This document shows positions 8,255 to 17,989 of a stretch of 64,000 nucleotides of DNA, one piece after another. The notes beneath the pieces were generated by a model, which saw only the letters and a program-made list of their open reading frames with translations, had not been told where the DNA came from and did no database searches. The DNA is taken from NCBI GenBank assembly GCA_965262785.1, contig OZ253559.1, positions 3,378,457 through 3,442,456 on the forward strand, in the 5' to 3' direction. Each line of letters starts with the position of its first letter. The first letter of the stretch is position 1. Position numbers and translations under genes: made by a program. This stretch comes from Rhodothermales bacterium (GTDB lineage Bacteria > Bacteroidota > Rhodothermia > Rhodothermales > Bin80).

Positions 8255-9865
8255 ATGACATGGACGAATCAACTCACGACCAAGAATAAGTTCATGCCGG
8301 ATTCCCCCGACGTTAGGATATCTGTGACGAACTTCGGACCCATCGAGCGCGGTGCCGTGGATCTGCGTCCTTTAACGGTGTTTGTGGGTCCTAGCAACGC
8401 CGGCAAAACCTATTTGGCCGTTCTCCTGTACGCATTGCAACGGGTTATGCAGGGCTTTACTAGAATTCCCTCGCTGTTTGGCTGGCCATATCAATTTATG
8501 CAGCTTGGTCGAGCTGGCAAATCGACATCGGACACCGGCGCGGAATTCAGTGAGCTCGTAAAATTCCTAGAAAGGCTGACCACCGATATGCGGGCAATGC
8601 AGTTTGCGGACCTACCGTCACGCATGCGAAACAGTCTCCGAAACCAACACGAGGGTCCAGAAGGATTAGGTGCAAGGCTGAAATCCGAGCTAATACGCTG
8701 CTTTGACCTGGAATCTATTTCCGATCTGATTCGATGGTCCGACCATGCCGGGGATACGAATGTAGAGCTGACTGTTTGCCAGGATAACCGGAAGCTTTGG
8801 TGTTTTGGCATGATGATCTCGGAGCCTGATGTCACCCCTGCGTTGCAAATTGAGGACATGTTTTTGTTTCCTGAGAAATACACTGATTCGAATCCCAAGG
8901 GCAATCGTCAAGCCCGTGAAATGCTGGATTACTTAAAGGGTGTACGAGTGGAAGCAATGGGTTCCAAGTCTATTCCAGACTTGTGGTTTGTCGCGGGGCG
9001 AGTTCTTGCTGATCTCTTTAGTGAGTACAACAATGGGGCAGCGGGACTTAAGGCACACTACTTGCCAGCCGCGCGAAGCGGTATTATGCAGAGCCACCGT
9101 GTGATCGCAAGTTCTCTCGTCGACCGTGCCACACGTGGCGGTGTGGAGCCGTTTCCCGCGATTCCGCTGTTGTCCGGTGTGGCAGCCGACTTCATTAAGC
9201 ACCTCATCCTGTTCGAAGAGAAGCGCCATCGGGATCGGAGCATGCGAGTTCTTGCTGAATCCCTAGAGCGAGATGTGCTAAACGGGCAAATTATGACCAA
9301 ATTTCCAGCATCTGGAGGTTATCCAGAATTTAAGTACAGACAGAAAAACGTGAAAGCAGAGATTCGCCTGAACCGTGCTTCGTCAATGGTATCTGAGCTC
9401 GCTCCTCTTGTGCTGTTTCTCCGCGACCGCACCAGTCGTGGCGATATGCTCATCATTGAAGAACCTGAGGCTCATCTCCATCCTGGTGCCCAGGCAGACA
9501 TGGCAGTAGTCCTGGCTCGTATCGTTCGTGCGGGTGTGCGCGTCGTTGTCACAACGCACAGTGATTGGTTACTCAAGGAAATCGGCAACCTGGTTCGAGA
9601 GGGGGAATTGAGAAAAGTTACAGGAGAACCAACAGGCGATGATTCCGGTCCCACACCCAGCTCGCTCCAACCCAGCGATGTGGGAATCTGGTTATTCCAG
9701 AGGGGCGATTCGTCAGAGGGTTCAACTGTGGAAGAAATACCGTTTGACCGTATCGAAGGCATAGAGCCGGAGGAATTCTACAGCGTCGCTGAAAAACTCT
9801 ATAATCGTTCGGCAACGTTGCAGGATCGACTCGCAGCGCATGGGAACGACCGGGAGGATGGCTGA
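8255..9865 (+). CDS. SMC/ABC-like AAA ATPase (AAA_21/AAA_15-type), candidate defence ATPase
   Basis: ATG 8255 (alternative ATG 8294). Walker A VGPSNAGKT near the N-terminus, then a ~350-aa insert. Walker B/D-loop MLIIEEPEAHLHPGAQ. H-loop VVVTTHSDWLL. Confidence 0.85.
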   Translation: MTWTNQLTTKNKFMPDSPDVRISVTNFGPIERGAVDLRPLTVFVGPSNAGKTYLAVLLYALQRVMQGFTRIPSLFGWPYQFMQLGRAGKSTSDTGAEFSELVKFLERLTTDMRAMQFADLPSRMRNSLRNQHEGPEGLGARLKSELIRCFDLESISDLIRWSDHAGDTNVELTVCQDNRKLWCFGMMISEPDVTPALQIEDMFLFPEKYTDSNPKGNRQAREMLDYLKGVRVEAMGSKSIPDLWFVAGRVLADLFSEYNNGAAGLKAHYLPAARSGIMQSHRVIASSLVDRATRGGVEPFPAIPLLSGVAADFIKHLILFEEKRHRDRSMRVLAESLERDVLNGQIMTKFPASGGYPEFKYRQKNVKAEIRLNRASSMVSELAPLVLFLRDRTSRGDMLIIEEPEAHLHPGAQADMAVVLARIVRAGVRVVVTTHSDWLLKEIGNLVREGELRKVTGEPTGDDSGPTPSSLQPSDVGIWLFQRGDSSEGSTVEEIPFDRIEGIEPEEFYSVAEKLYNRSATLQDRLAAHGNDREDG

Positions 9866-10349
9866 AACTCTTGATCTAATCCGGTATCGAGTCGGCAAGA
9901 GTTACCTCATTCGGACATGTATAGAGGAGGGATGTAAAGCATCCATGGAGGGGATTCCACGCAGTCGCGTCTTGGTTAACGCGGACAAGGCGCTGGCGGC
10001 TCACCGGATTGATGGAAAGCGATGCGACTGCGTTCTGTTTTTCATGTGTGACGACAACGGCACCTTAATCATAAGCCCGATTGAGCTCAAGAGCGGCAAT
10101 GTTGATATATCTGATGTATGCGAGCAACTGGAGAATGGTGTCAAATTCGCCGCTCGCATTGTGCCCCAAGACGTTATTTCGGACTGCCAGCCACTCCTAA
10201 TACATTGCAAGGGAATTCACTATGTGGAGCGCAAGAAACTCAATCGTAGAAAGGTCCGCTTCCGCAATCGCTACGTTACTATCAAGTCGGCACGCTGCTC
10301 CAGGCCCAAGAATGTAGCGACCAACCTGGATTTCAACGGGCATCTCTGA
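9840..10349 (+). CDS. small PD-(D/E)xK-like protein, partner of the upstream ATPase
   Basis: 169 aa from ATG 9840, overlapping the ATPase by 26 nt (163 aa and an 8-nt overlap if ATG 9858 is used). GKRCDCVLFF...LIISPIELKSGNVD fits the D...ExK restriction-endonuclease-fold motif. I recognise no named family. Confidence 0.6.
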   Translation: MGTTGRMAETLDLIRYRVGKSYLIRTCIEEGCKASMEGIPRSRVLVNADKALAAHRIDGKRCDCVLFFMCDDNGTLIISPIELKSGNVDISDVCEQLENGVKFAARIVPQDVISDCQPLLIHCKGIHYVERKKLNRRKVRFRNRYVTIKSARCSRPKNVATNLDFNGHL

Positions 10350-10587
10350 CTATGTGTAAATAGTCATATATAACTCGAGGCAGCACATGTATGACGTGTA
10401 CTTTAGTCATTGAACACGATTTAGGCCATTCCCTGCTTGAGGACGTGTAGTATTAGCAAGGTCAGGCTGTCCCATTGAGGATAGCGTTCGCGTTCTTGCT
10501 TACTGCGCTATGGCCGGTAGTATCTGTTCATTGGGCAGAGGTTCAGCTTCAAGACTGACAGCTGTCCCACCAGCGACCCTGCGCCAG

Positions 10588-11721
10588 TTACCGAAGGCCG
10601 CGCACATTTAGTCGGTCGATGAAGCGCATCCTTCTCGCGTGGAAAATGCGCAGCTGCGCCATGCGCTCCCAATATTTCGCCGTCTCTTCTTCTTTTTCCG
10701 CCAGAGCGCGCAAATCGTCCAGCAATGCCGCTGCCTTGTTGTATCCCTTTGCGCTTGTCAGTTGGATATTCTCCTCCACCTCGTCCCACACGGCCTCTCC
10801 GAGCTTCTTCAGGTGCCCAAGGCGCCTCTCAAGCGCCTCGGCCTCCAATCGCTCGCGGCGCTTACGCTCGGCCTCTTCTTCCTTGGCAGCGGCAACTTTG
10901 CGCGCGGTCCAAATCTTTTCCGCCTTCACACGCAGCTGCGCTACCGTGCGACGCTTCTGGCCACTTCGCTCGGGCATGGTCTTTTTCACTATCAATCTTC
11001 GCAATCCTGCCCCCGCGTGTGGATCGCCAGTGGCCAAGCGAATAAGCAACGCATCCACCTCTACGCGTGGCAAAGATTGCACGGCGGCCTGAAGTTCGCT
11101 AGTGGAGGGCTGAGATGTTGAGTTCTCGTGGACCGCAGCCTCAATCAAGCCACTATCGATTTGAAAAAAAATGGAAAGTGTTTTCGCCGCATCCGATAAT
11201 GGATCGATCCCCGGAAGCGGTTCTTTCGCCTCATCGGGCATCACGCCGGAAGCAACCTGTGCAAGCCACGCGAGATAGAGCGCGGACAGATCGCCTGATA
11301 AGAGTTCCTGGTGCAACGGGGCCAGTTCATCCATCCAGCTCGATTCGCCCTCATAGTAGACTTCGTCTTCGTGCAATTCTCCATCGTCCCAAAGGTCCAA
11401 GATCACATGGTCGTCCGTTTCGCTGATGGTCAGGAAGTCCGAAGCGCATACAAAACTCTCAAGCCGCGTACGGTCGACGAGTCGCTTTGGGAGTCGAACC
11501 ATGAATCGTCGCGTGCCCCAGTTTGCCAAATACAGATGCAAATCAAACCACTGCTGCATGAACACCTGGGGGTCTCCCTTCAAATCGCCCCAGTTGTATT
11601 CGTTGACAAATAATCTTGGGGTAATTCGGGCCCGGGTTGAAATTGAACGCAATGCGGCCTGTTCTTCCGCTCTAAGCGGCCGATCAAGGGCCCTGAATTC
11701 GTAGTACTGATATTCTGCCAT
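10588..11721 (-). CDS. conserved hypothetical protein with charged coiled-coil C-terminus
   Basis: 377 aa from ATG 11721. The N-terminus MAEYQYYEFRALDRPL... resembles N-termini I recall from uncharacterised bacterial proteins. The C-terminal ~110 aa is E/K/R/A-rich (..KVAAAKEEEAERKRRERLEAEALERRLGHLKKLGE..). Confidence 0.7.
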   Translation of the reverse strand: MAEYQYYEFRALDRPLRAEEQAALRSISTRARITPRLFVNEYNWGDLKGDPQVFMQQWFDLHLYLANWGTRRFMVRLPKRLVDRTRLESFVCASDFLTISETDDHVILDLWDDGELHEDEVYYEGESSWMDELAPLHQELLSGDLSALYLAWLAQVASGVMPDEAKEPLPGIDPLSDAAKTLSIFFQIDSGLIEAAVHENSTSQPSTSELQAAVQSLPRVEVDALLIRLATGDPHAGAGLRRLIVKKTMPERSGQKRRTVAQLRVKAEKIWTARKVAAAKEEEAERKRRERLEAEALERRLGHLKKLGEAVWDEVEENIQLTSAKGYNKAAALLDDLRALAEKEEETAKYWERMAQLRIFHARRMRFIDRLNVRGLR

Positions 11722-12658
11722 GGAGTGAATTGATGCGCAGTATGGTAGTGCGACCGACTGGAGTGTCGCTTGACCGAAGACGACGAACTCAAAGCAATAT
11801 AGTACATCTTATTCCTACTTCCGGCCCTCTGGCGCGGACCCACGCTGAAGGCTGGCAGTCCGAAGCAATCCTACACGGCCATATTGCGCGCATGTCCTAG
11901 ACGCTTAGTCCCGCGTCGCCGGGTGCAGCTACGACGCGGCATTGCCTGCAAACAGTGCGCACTCCGACTACCGCGGAAACGGGCGAACACAGGTGCGATG
12001 CACTGAAGCGTAGCGTCTTTTGCTCAAGCGGTCGCCCAGACTGTAACAGAAGTGAGCTTCATCCCGGATGCCCGGGGCGCAGGAACGGCCTGAATTTAGG
12101 AATGCTTTGACGCAATGGAGAAGGTGATCACTCCCGACCACGGCTAGGCTAAATTCCCATCGCAAGAACGGACGGTCCTGCGTATTGCGACAGAAATCGT
12201 CCACTCTTACCGTCCGATTTCGTCAGCTCGTCTCGATCGAACTAATCCGAATTGACCTGTCTGCCAAGACGGCATGCGATTTCCGATGATACGCGCCACT
12301 GAGTCCGCATGGAAGAACTCCACCAATTCTGACGCAAGCGCAAACTGCAGGCCAGAAGGGGCTCGGTTTGGTATGTGACCCGCCGTACTCGCCTTGAACA
12401 CACCATGGTAAACCACACGGCGGAGCAGCGCTCATGGGTAGCTCGCGATATTGCGCTGAGAGGTCGGCAACTCAAAAAGTATCAGCGCCTTCGGATAGCG
12501 GAGTTGGACCGCTCCGCGGCATATCTTAATTGCGGAACTTACCCCGGCTTACAACCCATCTCGAGCATCATGGTCAGCGTGGAACACCCGTTGTACGGCA
12601 ACTGTACGCAGTACAGACGGGCCACATGGACCCTTGGGGCATTCCAAACGCGGACCAC

Positions 12659-14089
12659 ATGCAGTGCACAACGCGTCGACACTTTCTGAAGTTCGCGCTG
12701 GGTGCTGCCGCGCTCGCACCCTTGGCAGGGTGTGACAGCCTGGGCCTGGACAAAGAGGAAGAAGTGCTTTTTGATGGCCCCACCATTGACGAGGAAGACT
12801 TCATCTCGTTTAACGCGGGGTACTACGGCCTTGGCGTGGACTCCGCTTCGCAGCTCCCCTTTAGCTTTATCCGCGATGGTGTCCCCATTCGGGAAACAGA
12901 CCCGGTCTCCATCGCCTTCCGGCTTCAGCACCTCTTGGCAGACAGCCGGCGTATTGACGCCGTTGACACTCTACTGAGCCATCTGCTGGCTGCACAGATC
13001 GACGAGCGCCCTCCCAACAACTTCCGGAATATGATCCCGCGTCTGGCCATTCAGTCAGACGAAATCGTGCCGGCATCCAAGCACTATTCTTTCGTAGACA
13101 ACGCGCTCCTGGCCTCTCGCATCGCTATGGCAGCGCAGGCACATGCAGGAACGCCAACCGGTGACAAGGCTCTTTCATTTCTCGACAAGCAGAAGCTCGG
13201 CTACAACCAGGCGCTCGTTCAGTCCTCAACAGGTTTTCTGCCCGAGTTTGCCAACGCAGGCCTCTTTGGCGCTGACCCTGTCGGCATGAACCTGGTGTTT
13301 GGCGGCTTCTACGAGGCTGTGGCATTTGCACTTGGCTACTTCATCGGTGATACGCCGATCATCGGCGATCCCCAGGTGGGCCTGGACACCTGGCAATTGA
13401 TGATTGATGCGCAGAACACGTATGTGGATGCCTATGCCGCCTCTACTCGTGCGAATACCAACATCCAGAGCCCGCTGGCGCGCAATGGAAGCGGATTCCA
13501 ATTCCTCCATTCTCTCTTGGGCCTTGATCCTGCGTGGCTTGACAAGTCCCTGGACAATGCCCTGTACAACGTGCTCTACTCTTACCTTGATGCGGCCGTT
13601 TACGACCGGGTGCCGGGCATTTACTCCGCAGGCCCGCATGAAAGTGGATTTTTTCTTGACAATGGTCTGAACCGGCTGGCCGCGAAACAGCGCTTTCAGA
13701 CCTCGCGCGAAACCATTGTAACAGTGGACACGCTGGCCGCTGCCATGCGCCTCTTTCCCGAGGACTCCGACGCCAGACTAATCCTCAGGGGTTGGATCGG
13801 CCTGTACGCTTCGGTCGAAGGCACTATTACGTCCCATGGATACCGTAGCGGAATGACCAAAGAGGGTTCGCTCATCAAGGCCATCTATGCCAGACAAAAC
13901 GGCGCGATGATTCTCTTAAGGTCCAATGCCCCCCGACTGCTAAACGACTTTATGATTGCCCAGGGCAAGCCCAGCATGCAGGACCTGGTGAGCATGGTGA
14001 AGCTTACCTATCAAGACGCTCCTATCGCGCGCGTTGACGCGCAGTTGCCACTACCACTAAGAGGCGAACGTCTCTTCACTAGGCTTTAG
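12659..14089 (+). CDS. Tat-signal lipoprotein of unknown function
   Basis: ORF 12530..14089. The ATG at 12659 gives MQCTTRRHFLKFALGAAALAPLAGCDS, a twin-arginine motif followed by a lipobox. I cannot assign the mature domain; an all-helical glycosidase-like fold is only a guess. Confidence 0.7.
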   Translation: MQCTTRRHFLKFALGAAALAPLAGCDSLGLDKEEEVLFDGPTIDEEDFISFNAGYYGLGVDSASQLPFSFIRDGVPIRETDPVSIAFRLQHLLADSRRIDAVDTLLSHLLAAQIDERPPNNFRNMIPRLAIQSDEIVPASKHYSFVDNALLASRIAMAAQAHAGTPTGDKALSFLDKQKLGYNQALVQSSTGFLPEFANAGLFGADPVGMNLVFGGFYEAVAFALGYFIGDTPIIGDPQVGLDTWQLMIDAQNTYVDAYAASTRANTNIQSPLARNGSGFQFLHSLLGLDPAWLDKSLDNALYNVLYSYLDAAVYDRVPGIYSAGPHESGFFLDNGLNRLAAKQRFQTSRETIVTVDTLAAAMRLFPEDSDARLILRGWIGLYASVEGTITSHGYRSGMTKEGSLIKAIYARQNGAMILLRSNAPRLLNDFMIAQGKPSMQDLVSMVKLTYQDAPIARVDAQLPLPLRGERLFTRL

Positions 14090-14771
14090 ACAGGCTGTGC
14101 ACCCTGCTGCATATCTCCGCCAAGGCTGCCTCAACGTCGCCCTTCGCAGCTTTGAACGCTTCCGCGTCAATGGTTAGTGGCGCTCCAATTACCACCAGGG
14201 GCGCTCCTATGAGTGGTGCGCGTATGGCTTCTTCGATGGAGAGGCCGCCAACTGCTTGTACCGGGATGTTGACCGCCTGGACGACGGCTGCTAACTCGTC
14301 CATGGGACTGGGGGGCCGCTGTCCTCGTGCCCGGAATCCGCGCCTTTCATCGTAGCCGATGTGGTGGATGACGAAATCGCATCCCAACGCCTCCAGCATC
14401 CGGGCAGCCTGAACCTTATCTGCGCAGCCCAGGCTGTCACCCATTACTTGGATTCCGAAGTCTGCGCCTGCTTCTACTACGCGTCGGATCGTTTCTTCAT
14501 GTGCCCGCGCCATCACGACCACATGTGTAGCGCCAGCCTCGGCCATGAGCTCCGCTTCCAGGTAGCCCCCGTCCATCGTCTTTAGGTCCGCCACCAACGG
14601 GACCCCTGGAAAGGAGTCCCTGAGCATTCGAATGGCACGAAGCCCCTCGGCAAGGATCAGGGGCGTTCCGGCCTCCAACCAGTCCACACCCGCGCTGAGC
14701 GCCATCGACGCGATGTCCAGCGCTTCCTGGATCGTTGTGACATCCAAGGAGATCTGGACAACGGGCCGCAT
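14079..14771 (-). CDS. 3-hexulose-6-phosphate synthase / 3-keto-L-gulonate-6-P decarboxylase family (OMP-decarboxylase fold)
   Basis: ORF 14079..14783 starts at TTG. The ATG at 14771 gives MRPVVQISLDVTTIQEALDIA..DWLEAGTPLILAEGLRAIRMLRDSFPGVPLVADLKTMDGG, matching the HPS/UlaD signature (..D....A......vd..EvGTPL....G....). Confidence 0.85.
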   Translation of the reverse strand: MRPVVQISLDVTTIQEALDIASMALSAGVDWLEAGTPLILAEGLRAIRMLRDSFPGVPLVADLKTMDGGYLEAELMAEAGATHVVVMARAHEETIRRVVEAGADFGIQVMGDSLGCADKVQAARMLEALGCDFVIHHIGYDERRGFRARGQRPPSPMDELAAVVQAVNIPVQAVGGLSIEEAIRAPLIGAPLVVIGAPLTIDAEAFKAAKGDVEAALAEICSRVHSLSKA

Positions 14772-14775
14772 CGAC

Positions 14776-15690
14776 TTACTCAAAGAATGGGAACAGCGCT
14801 TTCAGTTGTTCGTGTGTCGGCTGACTACCGTATTCGGATACCTCAAACGCCTCGGCAAACTTAAACGCCATGCCGCGCTCTTCACCGTAGTACTCCACTA
14901 GCAAATCCCGCCACTGGTTGGCGACCCAGGCATCTCGCTGCTGAAAACGCTCCGCGATCCACGCCTTGCGCGCTTCTTCTTCCTTTGGCACCTCGTCGTG
15001 GTATCCGGCGAGCCAGGCATTCCAGTCAGAAAACTGAGACCGCAGCGCAGCCATGCAGGCGTATTTCTGATCGCCAACGCCGTCGATGCCAACGATGACG
15101 TCAGGCTCAAACGGGTATGGCTTTTGGAAGCGGTCATAGTAGTACAGAAACACCGGGTTGTGTTCTACGCGCGGCGTATCCGGCGTGAAGAACGGTACGG
15201 TAACCATAAAGGCAGCATCCTGCACGAGGATGGCCGTATACCTGTGGTCTGGATGGTAGTCATTGGAGCGCGGCCCGAGTACGATATCGGCCTGCCAGTC
15301 GCGTATCAGACGTGCGATCTTTTTGCGATTCTCCAGCGTCGGCATAAGCTCGCCGTCGTGATTGTCAAGGACGACGGACTCTGCGATCCCCAGGATTTCG
15401 CCGCAGTCCTCGACTTCGGCCTTCCGCACTAGCGCCAGAGGGCCCCCTGCCATTTGGTAGTGACCGATGTCGCCATTGGTCACCGAAACGAACTTCACCT
15501 GGTGCCCCATGGCCGCCCACATTGCAGCGGCTCCAGAGGCACGTACTTCGCAGTCGTCAGGGTGTGCGCCAAAAGCTATAATTCGTAGGGGTCGATCTTC
15601 TTCCTGAGCCCAGACCATCGGCGTAGAAAGGGCCATGATGACCACGAGCGCAAAGGTGTATAGAGCGGAATTACGCATGATGTACCTCAT
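14776..15690 (-). CDS. PIG-L/LmbE-family deacetylase, secreted
   Basis: The ORF extends to 15891, but the ATG at 15690 (or 15678) gives the signal peptide MRYIMRNSALYTFALVVIMALSTPMVWA. Catalytic motif IIAFGAHPDDCEV. Its stop lies 4 nt before the HPS-like ATG. Confidence 0.85.
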   Translation of the reverse strand: MRYIMRNSALYTFALVVIMALSTPMVWAQEEDRPLRIIAFGAHPDDCEVRASGAAAMWAAMGHQVKFVSVTNGDIGHYQMAGGPLALVRKAEVEDCGEILGIAESVVLDNHDGELMPTLENRKKIARLIRDWQADIVLGPRSNDYHPDHRYTAILVQDAAFMVTVPFFTPDTPRVEHNPVFLYYYDRFQKPYPFEPDVIVGIDGVGDQKYACMAALRSQFSDWNAWLAGYHDEVPKEEEARKAWIAERFQQRDAWVANQWRDLLVEYYGEERGMAFKFAEAFEVSEYGSQPTHEQLKALFPFFE

Positions 15691-15730
15691 TATCTTGTGA
15701 AGCTGTCGCACTTGACGCGCTACCAGACGG

Positions 15731-17053
15731 ATGATACGCCTAACGATACTTCTGGCTGTCCTTCTGCCGACACTGCCGGTCCAAGGCCAGCCGTTGTCTG
15801 CACAGATCGATTCCATTTTCGCAATGTGGGCCAAGCCGGACGCCCCCGGCGCTGCCGTGGCTGTCGTGCACCGGGACAGCATCGTACACATGCAGGGTTA
15901 TGGGATAGCCAACCTTGAGTATGGCGCCGAGATCACTCCGGAAACGGTTTTCCTGGTTGCCAGCGTTTCGAAGCAGTTTACGGCATTCGCCATCGCGATG
16001 CTCGCCATGCGCGGCGATATCTCGTTGGATGATGATGTCCGCACCTACATTCCTGAGCTTCATGCGTTTGAGCCTCAAATTACGATTCGGCACCTGGTGC
16101 ATCACACCAGCGGGCTGCGCGACGAATTCGGGCTTTTGGCTATGGCAGGTTACCGCATGGATGACGTGATTTCCAAGGATACCATCTTGAATCTACTCTA
16201 TCGGCAGCGCAAGCTCAACTTCGAGCCCGGGGAAGAGTACAGCTACTGCAATTCCGGCTACACGCTGCTCGCAGAAATTGTCGAGCGCGTGTCGGGGCAG
16301 AGTTTTCGGGAGTGGACCGAGGAAAACATCTTTGCGCCGCTCGGCATGGAGGACTCCCACTTTCGCGATGACCACACCTCTGTCATCCCAAACCGTGCAC
16401 AGGGTTACGTCACGAGCGACAGCTCGTTCAAGAGCCAAGCTATTGCCTATTCGAGCGTTGGTGCGAGTGGTCTGTACACCACCGCGCACGATTTGACCCG
16501 CTGGACACGGAACTTTAAGACGGCCCAAGTTGGTGGACGCGAAGTACTTAACCAAGTGCTTCAGCGCGGCGTTCTGAATAGCGGCGACACGCTGGACTAC
16601 GCCTTTGGGCTGGCGCATAGCCAGTACAAGGGCGAGACGCTGATCAGCCATAGCGGTTCGCATCGGGGATTTCGGACATATGTAGCCGGGCTACCTGACC
16701 AGGACCTGGCCGTAATCGTTTTGAGCAACCTTGAGGAGTTCCAACCTGCTGAAGTCGGACGACGAGTAGTTGACCTATTCCTGGCAAACGACGCCGAGCG
16801 TCTGCCCGAGTACGCCGGCTCGTATTACAGTGAAGAGCTTGGGACTTGGTACGAAGTAGTCCTGGAAGGCGAAGCGCTCCTAATGATCAATCGCCACGGC
16901 GAGCGCATTCCGCTCCAGGAAACAGGTCAGGACACCTTCAGCACCAACACCTGGTACATGCCAGTTATCAAATTCACCCGCTCAATGGGTCTAGTCACCG
17001 GCATGGAGGCATCCAGCAGCCGGAGCCTCAACGTGGCGTTTGTCAGGCAGTAG
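15731..17053 (+). CDS. serine hydrolase, beta-lactamase (class C/DD-peptidase-like) family
   Basis: ATG 15731. Signal peptide MIRLTILLAVLLPTLPVQG. SxxK motif ASVSKQFTA. YxN-like YCNSGY. 440 aa. Confidence 0.85.
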   Translation: MIRLTILLAVLLPTLPVQGQPLSAQIDSIFAMWAKPDAPGAAVAVVHRDSIVHMQGYGIANLEYGAEITPETVFLVASVSKQFTAFAIAMLAMRGDISLDDDVRTYIPELHAFEPQITIRHLVHHTSGLRDEFGLLAMAGYRMDDVISKDTILNLLYRQRKLNFEPGEEYSYCNSGYTLLAEIVERVSGQSFREWTEENIFAPLGMEDSHFRDDHTSVIPNRAQGYVTSDSSFKSQAIAYSSVGASGLYTTAHDLTRWTRNFKTAQVGGREVLNQVLQRGVLNSGDTLDYAFGLAHSQYKGETLISHSGSHRGFRTYVAGLPDQDLAVIVLSNLEEFQPAEVGRRVVDLFLANDAERLPEYAGSYYSEELGTWYEVVLEGEALLMINRHGERIPLQETGQDTFSTNTWYMPVIKFTRSMGLVTGMEASSSRSLNVAFVRQ

Positions 17054-17450
17054 AGTGCCAATCGACTCAGAACCGCCACGGGCGGGTCAAGCTGTGCTCT
17101 CGATTTGCGCTGAGTAGCCAGCAATCGGTCAGAGACACACGAAACCGAGTTAATCCACCATGCGCCCAGCGGCCGCCCCTTGAGGCCAGTCTGAAACCAG
17201 CACCAACGGCTAGGCCACTGCCGACCGGGTGTCGCACAGAAAGTCGTTCAGCTGGACCCGACCTATGCAAGACTCGCGGGTAGTGGTCGCGAGGATTGCT
17301 GTAGCTTCACGTCACACCAACGTATCCCGCCGGCGGCTCCGTCACGCAGCCTGTTGGCCATGGATTGCACGGATGCCAGGCCAGCGTCGTGCCTTTTAGG
17401 CGTTCCAGGCCGGGTTTGGAGGTGTCCGTTGCTATCGGCATAGCCCCACT

Positions 17451-17768
17451 TTATATCGGGAATTCCATGTACTGACCTAGCTCAATTTGTTCAATAATAT
17501 TCAGAATACGTTCAATACGCTGCCCAATTCGCCGCCATGATGCAGCAAGCAGTACTACGATCGCCAGCTGTCGGTAAGCAAGGTTCTGTCGATAACGACG
17601 ATTCTGATCTGTCGTGACAAAGAGCCGGCAGCCTTCGTACTCCGCGCGGGTAAGCGAGGCACCATTACTAAGAGTAGACCACCCTCGTTCTAAGGCCGTG
17701 TCCACTTTGTGTCCAGGTAAGCGCTTTCGTAGAGGCACTGGCACCTCTTGGTCGAACAGAATTGTCAA
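17451..17768 (-). CDS. DUF5615-family (PIN-like/Mut7-C-like) putative toxin
   Basis: ..ILFDQEVPVPLRKRLPGHKVDTALERGWSTLSNGASLTRAEYEGCRLFVTTDQNRRYRQNLAYRQLAIVVL.. is typical of DUF5615. A TTG at 17768 overlaps the DUF433 TGA (TTGA). The exact start is uncertain, and the long N-terminal extension to 17930 is rejected. Confidence 0.6.
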   Translation of the reverse strand: MTILFDQEVPVPLRKRLPGHKVDTALERGWSTLSNGASLTRAEYEGCRLFVTTDQNRRYRQNLAYRQLAIVVLLAASWRRIGQRIERILNIIEQIELGQYMEFPI

Positions 17769-17989
17769 GCGACAAATTCCTTTAACGCTTGGGACTGGTG
17801 GTCGAGGACACCCTCGACCTGCCATCGCTCCACGCCGGGGAACCAGTCCAGGAATTGGTCGATCGTCCCTCCGTCTCTGAGATTCTCGAACAGCGTTGCA
17901 ACGGGTACACGCGTGCCGCGAAACACCCAAGCCCCACCGAGCTTCTTCGGATCCTGCTCAACGGCAGTGAATGTATTCAAACTACTCAT
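17765..17989 (-). CDS. DUF433-family putative antitoxin
   Basis: ATG 17989 gives MSSLNTFTAVEQDPKKLGGAWVFRGTRVPVATLFENLRDGGTIDQFLDWFPGV.., matching the DUF433 pattern (GG.pvi.GTRipv..il..l..G.s.eeil..yP). The ORF-track extension to 18193 is not supported. Confidence 0.7.
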   Translation of the reverse strand: MSSLNTFTAVEQDPKKLGGAWVFRGTRVPVATLFENLRDGGTIDQFLDWFPGVERWQVEGVLDHQSQALKEFVA

